Shown: piece after piece, positions 11,879 through 25,308 of the stretch
How positions within the stretch are numbered: position 1 is the first letter of the stretch
Layout: each line of letters opens with the position of its first letter
Program-made: the position numbers and the translations under genes
Notes under the pieces: model-generated
What the model was told of the DNA's origin: nothing
The model's database searches: none
The model's input: the letters and a program-made list of their open reading frames with translations, nothing else
DNA from: Spizellomyces punctatus DAOM BR117
Lineage: Eukaryota
Assembly (NCBI GenBank): GCA_000182565.2
Contig: KQ257460.1
Length of the DNA: 64,000 nucleotides
Reading direction: 5' to 3' (one strand)

Positions 11879-14800
11879 ATGGACTCGACTGATAAACTCA
11901 ATCTGAAAGTTGAGCAAGATCCAGTAGCTACTGTGTCTGGAAATCGTCGTAGTGCACGTATACAAACGAGTAGCAACAGCTCCGTGACATATCCCCCTCA
12001 AAGTACCCAGCAAAGATCACCTAGAAAGAGAAAATCTAGTGAGCCGAACATCGGCAGTCTGTCAGGGTCGCTCGAATCCACTGTGGATTGGACGAGGGAG
12101 AACAATCCCGCTTCGGGACCGTCTTCCAGGAGGTGAGCTGAGTGCATGTGTATGGCAGGTGGTGGTGCAGGATGAGGATACAGCAAACCTATCGCGAAGG
12201 ATACTGTAACCTCTACATCATTTCACAGCCTTCTAACATTTTTTCATTTTTGTTAGGTCGAGCCGCTTATCCTCGAGAACGAGCTCGGTTTCACGGGAAA
12301 CCAAATCTCTGTCTGCTGCGTCCTCGCGGAAAGGCAAGGGCAAAGCCGCAGGCAACACCTCCAAGATAGGGACATCACAGTCATCAACATCAAAGAGGTG
12401 CTTTGCTTATTTTAGAATAATGCTGGTTGTGCATCTTGTTCACATCTAACTTTATTGGCAATGATTTAGAGTCAAAAACGTTCCTCAAGCCAGTGTACAG
12501 CCGCCAGACGCTACAAAAAAGTCAAGCAAGAAACGCAGGAGACCATCTATTTCGTCTGACGAGAAGGAATCCGAAGACAATCCTACTCCACAGGAGCACG
12601 TTACCAAAAGGCGGCGTCACGCAGCGGTGAGAGCATCGGAAACAATCACATCTATCAGCAGCAGCGGAAAGAAAGGCTCGAGCACACTAGAAAAAGTCGA
12701 TATGGGAAAGGACAAGAGTAAAAGCAAAGGAAAGCTCAAGGAGGGGGATGATCTGCAGGTGGGACAACACGAGGTCCAGGCTCCTCAATCAGAAAGGAAG
12801 AAAAGTAACACCACAAAGGAGAAGAGTAAGGGACGCAGAGGAAAAAAGAACGATGAATCTGCTGCCGAAGCGTCATCTGGCTCAAAGGGCAGTCGAGGAA
12901 GTGAGCACGACTTGGCTGAGGACACGGCACCAACCGTTAAGGCGAGCCGCAAGAAACGCGGACGCACCCAGAAATCTACGTCCCCTGATTTATCCAGTTC
13001 TGCAAGTCATACAGAAGAGCCGGGGCGGTCGGATGATCATTACCATGAATCGGATGATCCGTCTTACGACGACGATGATGATATGGATGCCGACTTTGGT
13101 AGAGACGACGTGAGCGGACCTACGGTTCATCGGTCTAACCTGAGTACTCTCTTTGGCTTTGGAGGCGGCATTAGTATCGGTGGTTCTGGCGCAATGGGAG
13201 GCAGTTCCCGATTTTCAAGCATGCTACGACAGCTGAAGCAGAAAAACGATCCGACGATGCAAATGGTTGCTTTGCAAGAGCTCTCGGAAGTTCTTAGTAT
13301 GGCTACTGGTAAGGGTCAATAGAGTGGCGATGTCACGTCTCATGCTCATATCTTCGTTACTGTATTTCAGAGGACATGTTTATCGGCAATGGCAGTCATA
13401 ACTTGGCTGGATTCAATACTAATGAGTTTGTCAAAGCACTTGTTGATATCTTGAAAGGCCCCGCCGATATGGGAGGGGCGTTTGGAGCAGATTTCCCTCT
13501 CGAAGTGCTTGATGAGTTGGGCATGAGTGCTAGTGAACTCGGCTTCGGGGGTGGCATGGGGCCAAATCCAGAGCTAATGCTGCTGGCCTGCCGGTGTTTG
13601 TCCAACCTTATTGAAGCACATCCGTCCAGCACCATGCATGTGCTGCAGCATGGCGCTGTCCAAGTTTTGGTTGGCAAGTTGATGGAGGTGGAGTATATCG
13701 ATCTTGCCGAACAAGTACTGTCGGTCCTCGGCAAGATTAGTCAAGAGTATCCTTCGGCTGTTGTTCGCGCCAATGGCCTTTTGGCGGTTCTTCAGTATAT
13801 CGACTTTTTCAGTTTGCATGTTCAGCGTACTGCGCTTACCATCGCCGCCAATGCCTGCCGGGGACTCAACAGCGTCAGCATGGGAGGAGGAATAACATCA
13901 CGAATCATGGGAGGTGACTCCTCCGCGAGTTCAGGTACTGCACAAGTATTTGATTTTTCTGACAATGCTACCACCTATGTTAATGCTTGAATGACCCGTC
14001 AGCGAATTCTGACACCGGACCTCAAACTGTGGAACAAGTATTCGGCATGGTTAAGGAAGTGATGCCCATTTTGGAGCGCCTACTTGTTTATTCCGATCAA
14101 AAGTTAGTGGAGCAAGCTGTACGATGCCTTGGTCGAATTGTTGACTGGTGTTGGAAGTATGAGGATAAGCTTGAAAACCTCGTGACGCCAAGTCTGTTGA
14201 AAACAGTCATCGGTCTCATCAATCCCACTGGTACCGCCTCGTCAGGGCCGGTAGCTTCCAACCCTCACATGTTTACGCAGCTTGTAAAATTGGTTGCAAA
14301 TGTTTCCAAGGGTTCTGCTCGTCTTGGCACTGCGCTGATTGAGGAATACGGCATTGTCGAGGTGATTAAAAATTACCTCACTGGTGGATTCGTTGGCAGT
14401 TCGTCTGAGCAGGATGCCGACACCGACATGGAGACAGTAGCGACAGCAGTGACCAATGTGGTAGTTAACCGCCCGGTCGAGCAAGTATTAGAGGTGCTCA
14501 ATTTGGCATTGGCGGTTGTGCCATCTCTCCCTCGTGACGGAATGTGGAACACGACGATTATAAAAGATGAGACCTTGGTGGAAGGTCAGCCCAATTCTGA
14601 TAGCCCAACGAAAAGAATTGGCTCCATTTTCTCCCGGGGCCGCAGTCGTAGCCCAGAAAAAAATTCCACCTCGCGGGATCCTATGGACATTGATCAACGG
14701 GAAAGCGGATCCGTAAAGGATGTTTCCTCACCCGCTGCACGAACTTCCTCTGATTCCGCAGAGAGCGCTATGACGGAATCTCCAACGCAAAATAAGAAAC

Positions 14801-17800
14801 CTGCTCTTGATGAGCGAGATGCGAGACGTCTCGAGTTGCTAAGGCGGCAACCCGAAGCAATGCAAAAGTACGCCAGCCAGTTGCTTCCAATCATGATTGA
14901 AGTTTTTGGTGCAACGGTGAATGCCAACTTGCGACGCAAGGTTGTGGAATGTGTTGCCAAAGGTATTTGGTACCTTGACCAACCAGAATTCCTGGCACAC
15001 GCTTTGGCGAAAAATCAAGTGTTTGGAAAGTTTGTATCGGAGCTTCTGAGTCTCAGAGAGATTGCATTTCGAAAATCTGTACCGGACAAGGAGCGCAAGG
15101 AGGCTTTGGTGCTAGTGGCTGGAGGTGTACAGATTGCGCTTGTTGTTATGAATAGGTGTGGGGAAAAGTTCAAAGCTTGGTTTGCCCGCGAGGGGACTAT
15201 GGAGGAGCTGGTTAAAATTGTTGCAATGAATGACTTGGAGAAGGAGAAGGAAGTGGAGAAGAAAGATGAAAGCCCGGTACAAAGCCCTGTGCGTACGGAG
15301 ACGCCTTCAACGCACTTGCCAACTCCAATGGGACGACGCTTGAGTGACCTGGTCAAGGATTTAAAGAGATTGAGAGACCAAGTTGCGGGACATATTGGTA
15401 CGTCGTCGACTGGCACAGCGTCCAGCGAAGCGAGTTCATCAGCGGTTGGTCCCGCTGCAGATAAGCATTCTGAGGTGGAGGAACTGCTGGAAACGGTAGA
15501 AGCGCTAGCAAAGGGCAGCGGCGAGGGCACTGGAATGGACGAGCGCGGCGACACAACTCAGAAAAGCCACTCTTCATCCTCGTTAAGGATTGATACCGGG
15601 CGAAAGGATAGTACCTCAACCGCAGGCGGGGATGCTGAGGCAGCATCGGAGATGTCAGAATCGGGGGCGTCAGTGGCGTCGCCGACATCACCTGGATCCT
15701 CTCTTCTCCATGGAATGCGAAGTATGTTGGAGCGTTTGGGACGTGGATCGCATTCTACGACTTCTGCAAGCAGACGGCAGATTTCAACTGCAGGAAGCGT
15801 TATCGGATTGAACGGAGAGAGAGTTGCAGAAACAGAAATGCGGTCCTGGATTGTTGCCGAATGCAAGAGTATCCTCGAAGTCTGTCCTGCCACTCCCATG
15901 TCTTCTGAGAAGGCTGGACTAGTACTTGAGGACTTAAGACGTTTGGGAGCCATCCTTCGAGGTCACGCTACAGTGGATGGAGACGATCCCCTTATGCTCA
16001 GTGTGCTGCACGCAATTGCCGAGCATTTCGCTGGCAGAAAGGACACAGACACAGAGGTTGGGGTCACAGGATATGAGATGCTGGAAAGCGGTGTGATGGA
16101 TGCTATGGCAGACTTTTTGACCAAACCAGGCATTCCAGATGTGGCTGCGCCAGACCCGGATGCTGAAAAACCGAGATACACGCTACCCTTGACCGCTCGT
16201 TTGAAAGCATTTTTGCATGTTTTCATGAATGGTCCGACTCCTGACCCACAGAACCGCCCGTTCTTTGTCCAGGGGGCTTTTAAGCGGCTCGTACAGAGAC
16301 TACAAGAGTCGCTTTCCCGTGTGGAACGGTTTGAGGTTGCTGCTGCAGTACCCTCTTCTACGGGTTTCTCGTATGAGCCGATATTTGGATCCATGTTTGG
16401 GGCTTCTGGGGGGCACCTTAGGGAAGCATCAAACCCCAGCATGCAGCTCACCCGACAACTAAAAGTGAAACTTATGGCCGCGGAGCCAGATACGGTCCCA
16501 AGACAATATCAGGCGCTTTTGATTAGCGTCCACGCTGTTGCTACATACAAAGCCCTTGAAGATTACTTGAAAGGCCGGGTTGCGATGGCTCCACAGCCGA
16601 CAGCTACGCGAGGTGCTACTGAGGCGACAAAGGATGGTCAAGAAGTAGGGGCGGAAGTGTCAGAGAACACGCCAGAAACTCCCTCCCGGACGGTGGATGA
16701 ACAAGGCGATATAGAGATGGGAGACGCTGCGATTACGAGCGCGGACGCTCAAGTAAGTGCTGGGGACGATGAGGCTGATATCGAGGATGAGGACATGGAG
16801 GATGAATTTGACGATGATGATGATGATGACTTGGACGACGATGTAAGTTATCCTGGTAGTGGTGTCTATGCGATGCTGCTCATGTACAATGATTGCGGAC
16901 TTGTTGGCTCATCTGGATACTGCACACACGCAGATGTTGAATGTCAGCGATCTCTTACTTCATTCAGAAGAAGCGAGACGCCGGCGACGTCGTGGCGAGA
17001 GCTTCACAAGTCAGGCTAGCGCCGTATCGGACGGCCATAGTGAAGATACAGCGAACCAACCTGATCTGAGCGGTCGGCGTGATAGCGTAGTAGATGTCCG
17101 GGCCGATATGCCCTCGCAGACAAACACGACAGCTCCGACTCCAGCCTCCCCGAATATCCCCTCGAGCACCTCGAGCACGCCTGCATCTGCGCCTACCTCC
17201 TCCTTGTCCTCGACACCGTCTGCTGCCTCTACGACTGGAACTTCAACCGCAACTGCCGGCAGATCGTACGCTTCTGCCGCTGCATCTTCGACGAATTTTA
17301 CGATTGAATTTTCAGTAGGAAATATAGTCGTTCCTCGTGATACTACAATTTTTGGATCTGTGTACAAATTGGAGCAGCAAAAACTTGGGACTACTGGTGC
17401 ACCGCCCAATGTCTGGGGTCAAGTTTATACGGTAAAGTACCGAAAAGTCTATCCAGAAGCCAAAGAGGAGGGCGTGAAGGAGGAGGTACAAACGACTAGA
17501 AATGGGTCTGCAGATAGGCAGATGGCAGTCAAGCTACCTTTTCCTACTATGATGCCTGAAGGTATCTCGTTGGATACATCTCCCGGCAAAATCCTCTACC
17601 TTCTACGACTTTTGTATGGGCTAAATTCTCGATGGGCTGAGGTGTATGCTAACGAGGACGCCGAGCTCGATGGAGTACACGAAGGTGGGACATCGGCGTT
17701 ACCCTTGCAGGAGGGCTCGCAACCTATGACACGAGTTGCCGTGACATCAAGAACCGATGCGCCTGTCAGCATCGACATGCTTCCTCCTGCGGCTTTTGCC

Positions 17801-19529
17801 AACACAAAGTTGACTGCTAAGCTCAATCGGCAACTTGATGAGCCCTTAATTGTTGCCTCCCATGTTCTTCCATCATGGTGTTCATCGCTGGCCAAAGACT
17901 TTTCCTTCTTGGTTCCGTTTGAAACGCGCCTAGTGTATCTTCAAAGTACGTCTTTTGGATACTCTCGTAGCATGGGTCGCTGGCAGCAACAACAACAACA
18001 GGGCAATGGTGGGAGCGGGTCTGGTACTGGTCGCGGCAGTGCCGATGGAGCGTCACATCTTGGACGAATTCAGCGCCAAAAGGTCCGAATCGCCCGACAG
18101 CGGATCTTGGACAGCATGATTAAAGTTATGGAATTGTATGGATCTACTCAAGCTTTGTTGGAGGTGGAATTCTTTGATGAAGTTGGAACCGGGCTAGGTC
18201 CAACCCTTGAATTTTATGCCAATGTCTGTCGGGATTTGAGAAAGAAGGATGGTATTGCTTTTGGATCTGGCGAAAAGATCAAGATTTGGAGGGACGATGA
18301 TTCGCTAGATTCACAGGCGGTCAAGGATGATAATCGCAGCACAAAAGCTGGTCTTGTGCCCGATGATTACCTAAACCCCGCTCTCGGATTCTTCCCGGCT
18401 CCACTCACACCAGCAGAGGTGGATACGGAGAAGGGAAGAAAAATTTTGATGCTGTACAAGGCTTTGGGAACCTTTGTGGCAAAGGCTCTGTTGGATTCGA
18501 GGATCGTGGATATACCTTTCAGTGCAATGTTTTTGGAGATGGTTGTGGGTGAAGAAGAAGAGGAGGAGAGTGCTGCTGAGGCCGCCCTAGGGACTGCGGG
18601 GCGTAAGGGTGCCGAGTTCCATCTGTTAAGAGTAGGTTTAATATGTGTGCGCGGTTCATCTGGCTTTGCGTGTCTCGTTCTAACAATGCCATTGCAGCAT
18701 GTGGACCCATCTTTGTACAAGTCACTTTTGGATTTGAAAAAGTACGTCCACATCAAACGGAGCCTCGAGGCTGATCCGACCCTTAGTCCAGCAGAACGCG
18801 CTGCTCGTATCTCCAATATTACGGTGAAGGGTGCCCGTTTGGAGGATCTTTTCCTTGACTTTACTTTACCAGGCTACCCTTCCGCGGAACTGATTCCTAA
18901 CGGGAAAGATATAGCGCTGACATTGGACAACCTGGAACACTACATTGACCGTGTGGTAGAGATGACTGTGGGCGAGGGCGTTCAGAGACAGGTCGAAGCG
19001 TTTAGAAGAGGATTTGACCGTGTTTTTCCAGCTGCGGATTTGAGGAGCTTCACAGTGCAAGAGTTGGCGGTCTTGGTTGGAGGAGCAGAAGAGGAGGATT
19101 GGGCGTATGATGGTGAGTTTGAGCCCCTCTTGCTGGAATTTTTCCTTGTATCCCGAATAATAACAATTTTTCGTGCTTGCAGTCCTTATAGACTCTATCA
19201 AAGCCGACCACGGATACAATTCGGACTCGCGCACTATCAAACACCTCGCTACCTTTATGTCTACCCTCAACCCTATTCAACGCCGCGAATTCCTCCAGTT
19301 TGTCACTGGCAGTCCAAAGCTCCCCCTTGGCGGATTCAAGGCTCTCAACCCGTCCCTCACCGTCGTTCGCAAAAATGTGGAAGCGGGCAAGAAACCTGAT
19401 GATTACCTCCCCAGTGTTATGACCTGCGTCAATTACCTCAAAGTACCCGATTACAGTGAATTGGAGGTGATGAAGATGAGGTTTGAGGTTGCTGTGCGTG
19501 AAGGTCAAGGTTGCTTCCATTTGTCATGA
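11879..19529 (+). CDS. UFD4: HECT E3 ubiquitin ligase, Ufd4/TRIP12 family
   Basis: ARM region (ALQELSEVLSMATED; ELMLLACRCLSNLIEA; EYIDLAEQ; IDFFSLHVQRTAL), KLTAKLNRQLDEPL, LEVEFFDEVGTGLGPTLEFY, catalytic LPSVMTCVNYLKVPDY and C-terminal FHLS. Frame-restoring introns e.g. 13935..14002, 16843..16933, 18632..18697, 19113..19182. Confidence 0.95.
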
Positions 19530-19786
19530 TTTATTCTTTCCTGCAATTTTTGTTTTTATAATTTTTGCTTTGAGCTACCTTTCAAATCGTTGGGCTTTTT
19601 TTAAACTTGCTGGAGGGGAAGTGGTGGTAGTATTTGTAACATTTTTTTTTTTTGTGCTTGGCGTTGGGAAAGTTGTTGTGCACGCATGGGTTGGTATTGA
19701 ATATAATTGGATTAACAACTTTTCGAGTGATGGGGTCAAATACTTGTTTACAAGGTTAAAAATATACCTGCCATGTGCTTGCCTGA

Positions 19787-19858
19787 CGCCCGCTGTGGGT
19801 GTCGAACCCACGACCTTAAGGTTAAAAGCCTCACGCTCTACCACTGAGCTAAGCGGGC
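19787..19858 (-). tRNA. tRNA-Lys(UUU), copy 2
   Basis: Reverse complement identical to copy 1; T5 run downstream. Confidence 0.95.
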
Positions 19859-20770
19859 CCACAAACTCTCGAACAGAGGTGCTTTCAGTATTACATTGCT
19901 TACCCGCGTCTGGAAACCGTCACCAATGGCCGGGAGGACATGGAAATTGGCAAGTTTATAAACTTTCGAGAAATAAAAAATATTTGGTAAATGTAGATTT
20001 GGGTGTTTATTGTAAGATAGATTGACTAAAACGGCCGCCAAGTAAAGTTATTCTCTGAAATTGACAACTCTCGAAAAATCATGGATTTTTGGGACGAGGA
20101 TATTGTACATCCGCCAAGGGTTGTATTCTGAAAGTTACAAACACAATGTCGAAAAAGCAAAAAATCATGCACTTTTGAATACTTATTGATTTTTGGTCCA
20201 AAACAATAAAAACAGCAAACTCTATCTATATCAAGGGCCCATACTTGCGGCAAAAGAGTGTTCATTCAAAAAAGTCGAAACCTCGCTTACGTTATCCGAT
20301 CAATCTTGTTCGGATGGGGGTCATGTCGAAGGAATGATGAAATGTTTATCTTTGGGTAGGATCTGAGGGTATATGTTTGGATTGCCAAGATTTTTTTTTT
20401 TCCATGTCCAGTATTGAATAGACAAGTATTCCCAAATTCCCCAATGCTTTTCTCATATTGGACGTTTTTTATTGTCTCCCATTCCGGAGGATTTTCGTAA
20501 ACAAAATGGTAGGCATGGTTTTTGTGGCGAGATATGGACGCCCTTTTCGTCAAAGACACTTGGCTTTGTTCCATCTGTTTTGGTTCATGTTTATATTGTT
20601 TTGGGAGAGCCACTTGTAGCAATATCGATCGGGCCTTTTAGATATAAAAAAGCAATTTGGGGAAGACTGTTCTCCCATTTGTTCCTTTCGTATTACTTTT
20701 GTTTATCCGACTCTTTTAGCGTGAGATATATACCCTCTTCGCAGGCATCATTGAGATTAATACCACAAAA

Positions 20771-22504
20771 ATGCGTCTTTCTGCATCTCTCATCCCACTG
20801 GCAATGCTTGTGGTCAGCGGCTTGCCCTCGGTTGTCGGAGATGTCTGGTTGACCTTTTCGCATTATACTCAGTCGGATTGTAGTGGTAGCCCCGTTGGCT
20901 TCTTTTACGCCGACTGGACCCAGTATGCTCAACTGATGGCAGGGCTAAACTCTACGTGGTCATCATCCGCTGCAGCCGTCGCCAATGTCCAAACATGTCA
21001 GCAACTCATTGCAGCTCAAAAAGAGTTTCCTTCAAGTTTTTATGGACAGTTGAATTCGAGGACTTCTATCTCGCTTACGGCTGGGGATATTTTGGCGTTG
21101 AATTTGGCTATAAAGATTTTTGCGGATGTGAGCGTTGATTTGATTCATGTTCAGGATAAGTTGGATGCTATTCAGGCTGGGACTTGTTACCCTAATCTGC
21201 GTGAGTATCTCTTCTCTTGCAAAAAGTAGTCTTCAACCTGTTACTTATGCTGTTTTTTTTTTTGCTTTTTTTGGATAGAAACACGCTGGGGCAACAATAC
21301 CTATGGCTATTTGAAACCGGGTTGCGTTGTCAGCACCACGGCTCCGGCTCTCCCCGGCACTTCCTCACAAACCTACAGCATTCGGGCCTCGACCTACACA
21401 CCCGTGGACCAAAACAGTACATGCGGTTATAAGCGAGCATTGGGGATTATGGGCGTCCTGGCTGACGACATCTGCCGAACTGAAACCGGAATCATATACC
21501 AAGTTGGTCAATCTAATGTTGGACGGGCTTGTGTTCGTGCGACATGTTCCGGCGATTTTCCCAAACTCTATGCAAATGCGTCTGCGCTAACTTGGAGCCA
21601 GGGGGGATTTGGAGGAATCCAACATGGCAGTGCGAATATTTCTCTTAATGTTGATGCGTATGCAAATGCTTGCGAGCTTTCTGGGACTCCGTACTCGCAT
21701 TTTACGACCTGTAAAGTTGGCGGTTACACTGCGTCATCAGAGTCGACGACCGATACCAAAAAACCTGGGAATGGCAAATCTTTTGTGGATAATATAACGT
21801 ATCAAACTCACGGTGAGATATTCAAATCTCGTGGCTAGTTTAATGCTTGATCGAGATGGCTAATTGCCTCACTGTTTGCTCCGTGTAGGATTCACAAGCG
21901 CGAACCAGGGCACCAGGGTTACCATCCCAGGAAACGCTGGCATCAAGCTTCGGCCCAGCGGCACTGGTAATGCTAGCGTTACAGTCAATGTAACCAGTTC
22001 TCCGGATCCGATAACGTAAGTTCGAGCTTGTAATGTGCTTACCAAGGACGTTATACCACATAAATCCCGCTGTTGCTGACTTTTTTGAGCAGTGCTCTCA
22101 CGATTCCACCGACGGGTATAAATACCTACTGGAGATTCGAGGCTACAGCTAATGCCACGTTTTCGGCGGATCTCTCCTGGACGTACACGGACGCAGGTGC
22201 GCTCATTTCTAGTCTCTCTTCAAAACTTCAGAATTAAACACTTTTTTTTATTGTGCACCTAGACCTTGCTTTATTTAACTATACCGCCACGAGCCTCAAA
22301 TGGGCCTTTTACAACCAAGTAACAGGAACGTGGGATACTCAATCGGGTACCACGGTCGACACATCCGCCAAAACAGTTGGATACACTACTACACACTTTT
22401 CAGAGTGGACTATTGTGGCGTCAGCGACGAGTGGAGCATTGTCTAGTGCTCCTTCATTGGTTATGGTGCTTGTTGCTGTGTTGGTTGGTGTGCTGTCCGT
22501 GTAG
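20771..22504 (+). CDS. Secreted, probably GPI-anchored Cys/Ser/Thr-rich surface protein
   Basis: Signal peptide MRLSASLIPLAMLVVSGLPSVVG; four GT-AG introns (~21201..21278, 21799..21888, 22016..22092, 22197..22262); C-terminus ...TTHFSEWTIVASATSGALSSAPSLVMVLVAVLVGVLSV (small residues then hydrophobic tail). Confidence 0.75.
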
Positions 22505-22898
22505 TTGGTACCTTGTTTGACTGTTGTGGGTTTCTGGGGAAAGAGTATCGTGCAGTATTTGTTCCGTCGTTAATACTGTGTGCAAAGTGTTCCATTTGAA
22601 AGTTCGGTTCTACATGAATTTTTAAAGTTCCGGTGCTTGGGCCTCAGATTGTCTACCCCCACAGCCAAAAAGGATACGACTGCTTTAGACTAGAAGACAG
22701 AACCCAAGTAAGCTTTTGGGCAAATGAGCGTCCTCCAGCAGCTGAAACAAACTGTATATTTCATGCTTCTTTTTCAGAATCATATCTCTTAACTTCCTTC
22801 ATTTCACTCACGGGAGAATAACGGAACCATACCATCCATACCATTTCAACGGCACAGAATTTGTCACGTGCTCAATTCACATTGGCTGTTGAACTATT

Positions 22899-23619
22899 TA
22901 GTGTGCAGGTGGTAGAAAATGTCACTAGGGACAAATTCTCCCTCCAACCTACTACAGCCGGTTCTAATTTACAATTAGCCAGCCTGTCCAACCCTTCATA
23001 ACCTATCCTGCAAACGAGTCCCACCCCTATCCTAACTCGCTACAGGTTCCAGCCTGGGTTGAACTGGGGTACGTGAAAAGCTAACTACTACTAGGCCCAA
23101 TTACACATGCGATACATTACGGTTGTTTCTAACCGGGTAACTAAGCCCACCACCACGAGAGAAATCCTACTAGGCCTTTGATTCCGAAATTCTTGAGTCG
23201 GAGGATGTTCAGATACTAGTAAAATCAGAATAATTAGACTGGGAATACACCTGGGAAAATACAAAAACAATGTATACCTGTGATCGTTGCAGCATAGTAG
23301 TAGCAGTGTTTGCAAGGGGTTATGTTGTTATTGTCAGGAGGGCGGGTCCTCGACATCACCACATCGGCGTTCTCATGATTGACTTGAGAGTTGCTTGAAC
23401 GTTGCGCAGATGCTTGCGAGTCGAGGATGGGTAGAGAGGAAAGAGGGAAAAGGCCCCCCTTTTATAGACCTTTGACATGCACCTCACCGCAGTTTAAAAA
23501 AAAAAAAAAACATTACATGCATGCCACACCAATCTGAGCAATAGAGGGGATTCTGATTATGCGATATGATTATGCGATACGATAGGATCCTAGTGCCATT
23601 TTCAATCACCTCCAGACTA
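22899..23619 (-). mobile_element. Non-autonomous TIR element (MITE-like), diverged copy C
   Basis: Left end TA-GTGTGCAGGTGGTAGAAAATGTCACTAG, right end CTAGTGCCATTTTCAATCACCTCCAGAC-TA. Interior 23066-23613 aligns in reverse with copy A. Confidence 0.75.
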
Positions 23620-23750
23620 AGATTTCAAGATGCTGCGAGAGAAAATACATTCCTGCGCTGAACATAATGCTTTGTGGTTTGACCCAACCCTTCAAAAACG
23701 CAGCAAACAGCACATAATTCACATGAACTGCATCATCCCGCTCTAATACA

Positions 23751-24465
23751 TAGTGTGGAGGTGATTGAAAATGGCACTAGGACGCATTATTATCCGGATA
23801 ATCCGGTTAGTCATATCGCATAATCAGAACCCCCTCTATCGCTCAGATTGGTGTGGCATGCATGTAATGTTTTTTTTTTTTAAACTGCGGTGAGGCGCAT
23901 GCCGAAGGTCTATAAAAGGGGGGCCTTTTCCCTCTTTCCTCTTTCCTCTTTACCCATCCTCGACTCGAAAGCATCTGCGCAACCCTCATCGCGACTCTCA
24001 AGTCCAACCATGAGAATGCAGATGGTGGTGCCGAGGACCTCGCCCACCCGATTACAACCAACTGGAACCAGCGCAGCCTCGGAACCAACAAAGCTGTTAT
24101 TATGCTGCCACATATGTTGAGCTTGGTTGGTATGTACTGATGGCATCTCTTGTCATTCTGTCATTCATCTCGCTGACATGCATTTTTTTGTAGTCTCTAA
24201 GCCTCGTCACTGAACATCCTCTGGCTTGTGACGCTGCCCAGTCGATTCGCTCCTGGATGCAAGAGTCTGGCTTCAATGCCATCAAGAGTTCCAGATCAAG
24301 GCCTAGTAGGGACCGCGTGTGGGGGTGGGCAATTATCCGGTTAGAACCAACCGTTACGTGTTTCGTGTATAATTGCCTAGTAGTAGCTTAGCTTTTCCGA
24401 ACCAGTTGTCGCTGGTTTATTCCCTGGTGTAGTAGCTAGTGCCAGTTTCTGTCACCTCTACACTA
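23751..24465 (+). mobile_element. Non-autonomous TIR element (MITE-like), copy A
   Basis: Imperfect ~30-bp TIRs TA-GTGTGGAGGTGATTGAAAATGGCACTAG ... CTAGTGCCAGTTTCTGTCACCTCTACAC-TA; near-identical inverted copy at 60716..61445. Confidence 0.85.
23911..23917 (+). promoter_or_regulatory. TATA box (TATAAAA) inside MITE copy A
   Basis: TATAAAAG followed by a pyrimidine-rich stretch and an ATG ~100 bp downstream; also present on the minus strand in copies B and C. Confidence 0.45.
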
Positions 24466-24859
24466 TATACCTCGTACAGCCATTATGAAGGACCCGCGCC
24501 TGTTCATTTAAAAATATCATCATAACGACCACAATTCGGGTTGTGTGTGTTTGTAGAGTGTGTTGATTCCCTACCCAATATGGGAAAGCGAGAAGATTAA
24601 CAAAGAGGTATAAATCGGGGAGTTCCCATCCTGTGAACATAGATAGCATTTGACAAACGGGTTTATAGAACTGAAAACCGAACCCCTGCTACAAACAAAG
24701 GAAAAAAGCAAATATCGGCAAACTTTGTCCGCACTTTTGAGCGTCACTTGAGCCAAACAGCTACCTATTACATTACTGACTCGGACGATCCAAAACAAAT
24801 GCAGAATAGTCTGGTTTTTCGTTACAAAGGACGAAAAATACAAACTGCAAGTAGCGGAG

Positions 24860-24931
24860 CGCCCGCTGTGGGTGTCGAACCCACGACCTTAAGGTTAAAA
24901 GCCTCACGCTCTACCACTGAGCTAAGCGGGC
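24860..24931 (-). tRNA. tRNA-Lys(UUU), copy 3
   Basis: Identical 72-nt sequence on the minus strand; T5 run downstream. Confidence 0.95.
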
Positions 24932-25308
24932 CTGGCATTTTGCTCCTGGTACTTGAATTCTCCATCTATAATATCTTACAGAGCATCTGTGGCGCATGCG
25001 CACGCGTACTGCTGGGTTTGCCCCCCTCTTGACATCATCAGCAAGGATTTGCCCTGGCACGCTCTGCCCAGCCTCTCCTGTCATCCAATCGTTCAGCCCT
25101 TCCATCACCTTAAACTCACAGGATTCGCTTTCCTTTTACCCTTTATTTTTTTTCAGAAGGCAAACGATCGTCTGTCGACCGGTTTCTACTCATACGATTC
25201 TACATCAATTCTCACACCCGTCATTGTTAACCACAAGTGTCTCCCCAAGTAATATCTGCTATATTGCCCCGAACTGCTCTCAACTCGACAGTCCTTGAAG
25301 ATTCTACA

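Noticed and set aside
23751-24465. CACTA/TAGTG pentamers at the element ends suggesting a CACTA (En/Spm) transposon
   Set aside because: Polarity is reversed (starts TAGTG, ends CACTA) and no 3-bp target duplication is seen; TA plus a GTGT-starting TIR fits better.
24465-24860. tRNA-targeted insertion of the MITE
   Set aside because: Copy A lies ~400 bp downstream of a tDNA, but copies B and D have no tRNA nearby.
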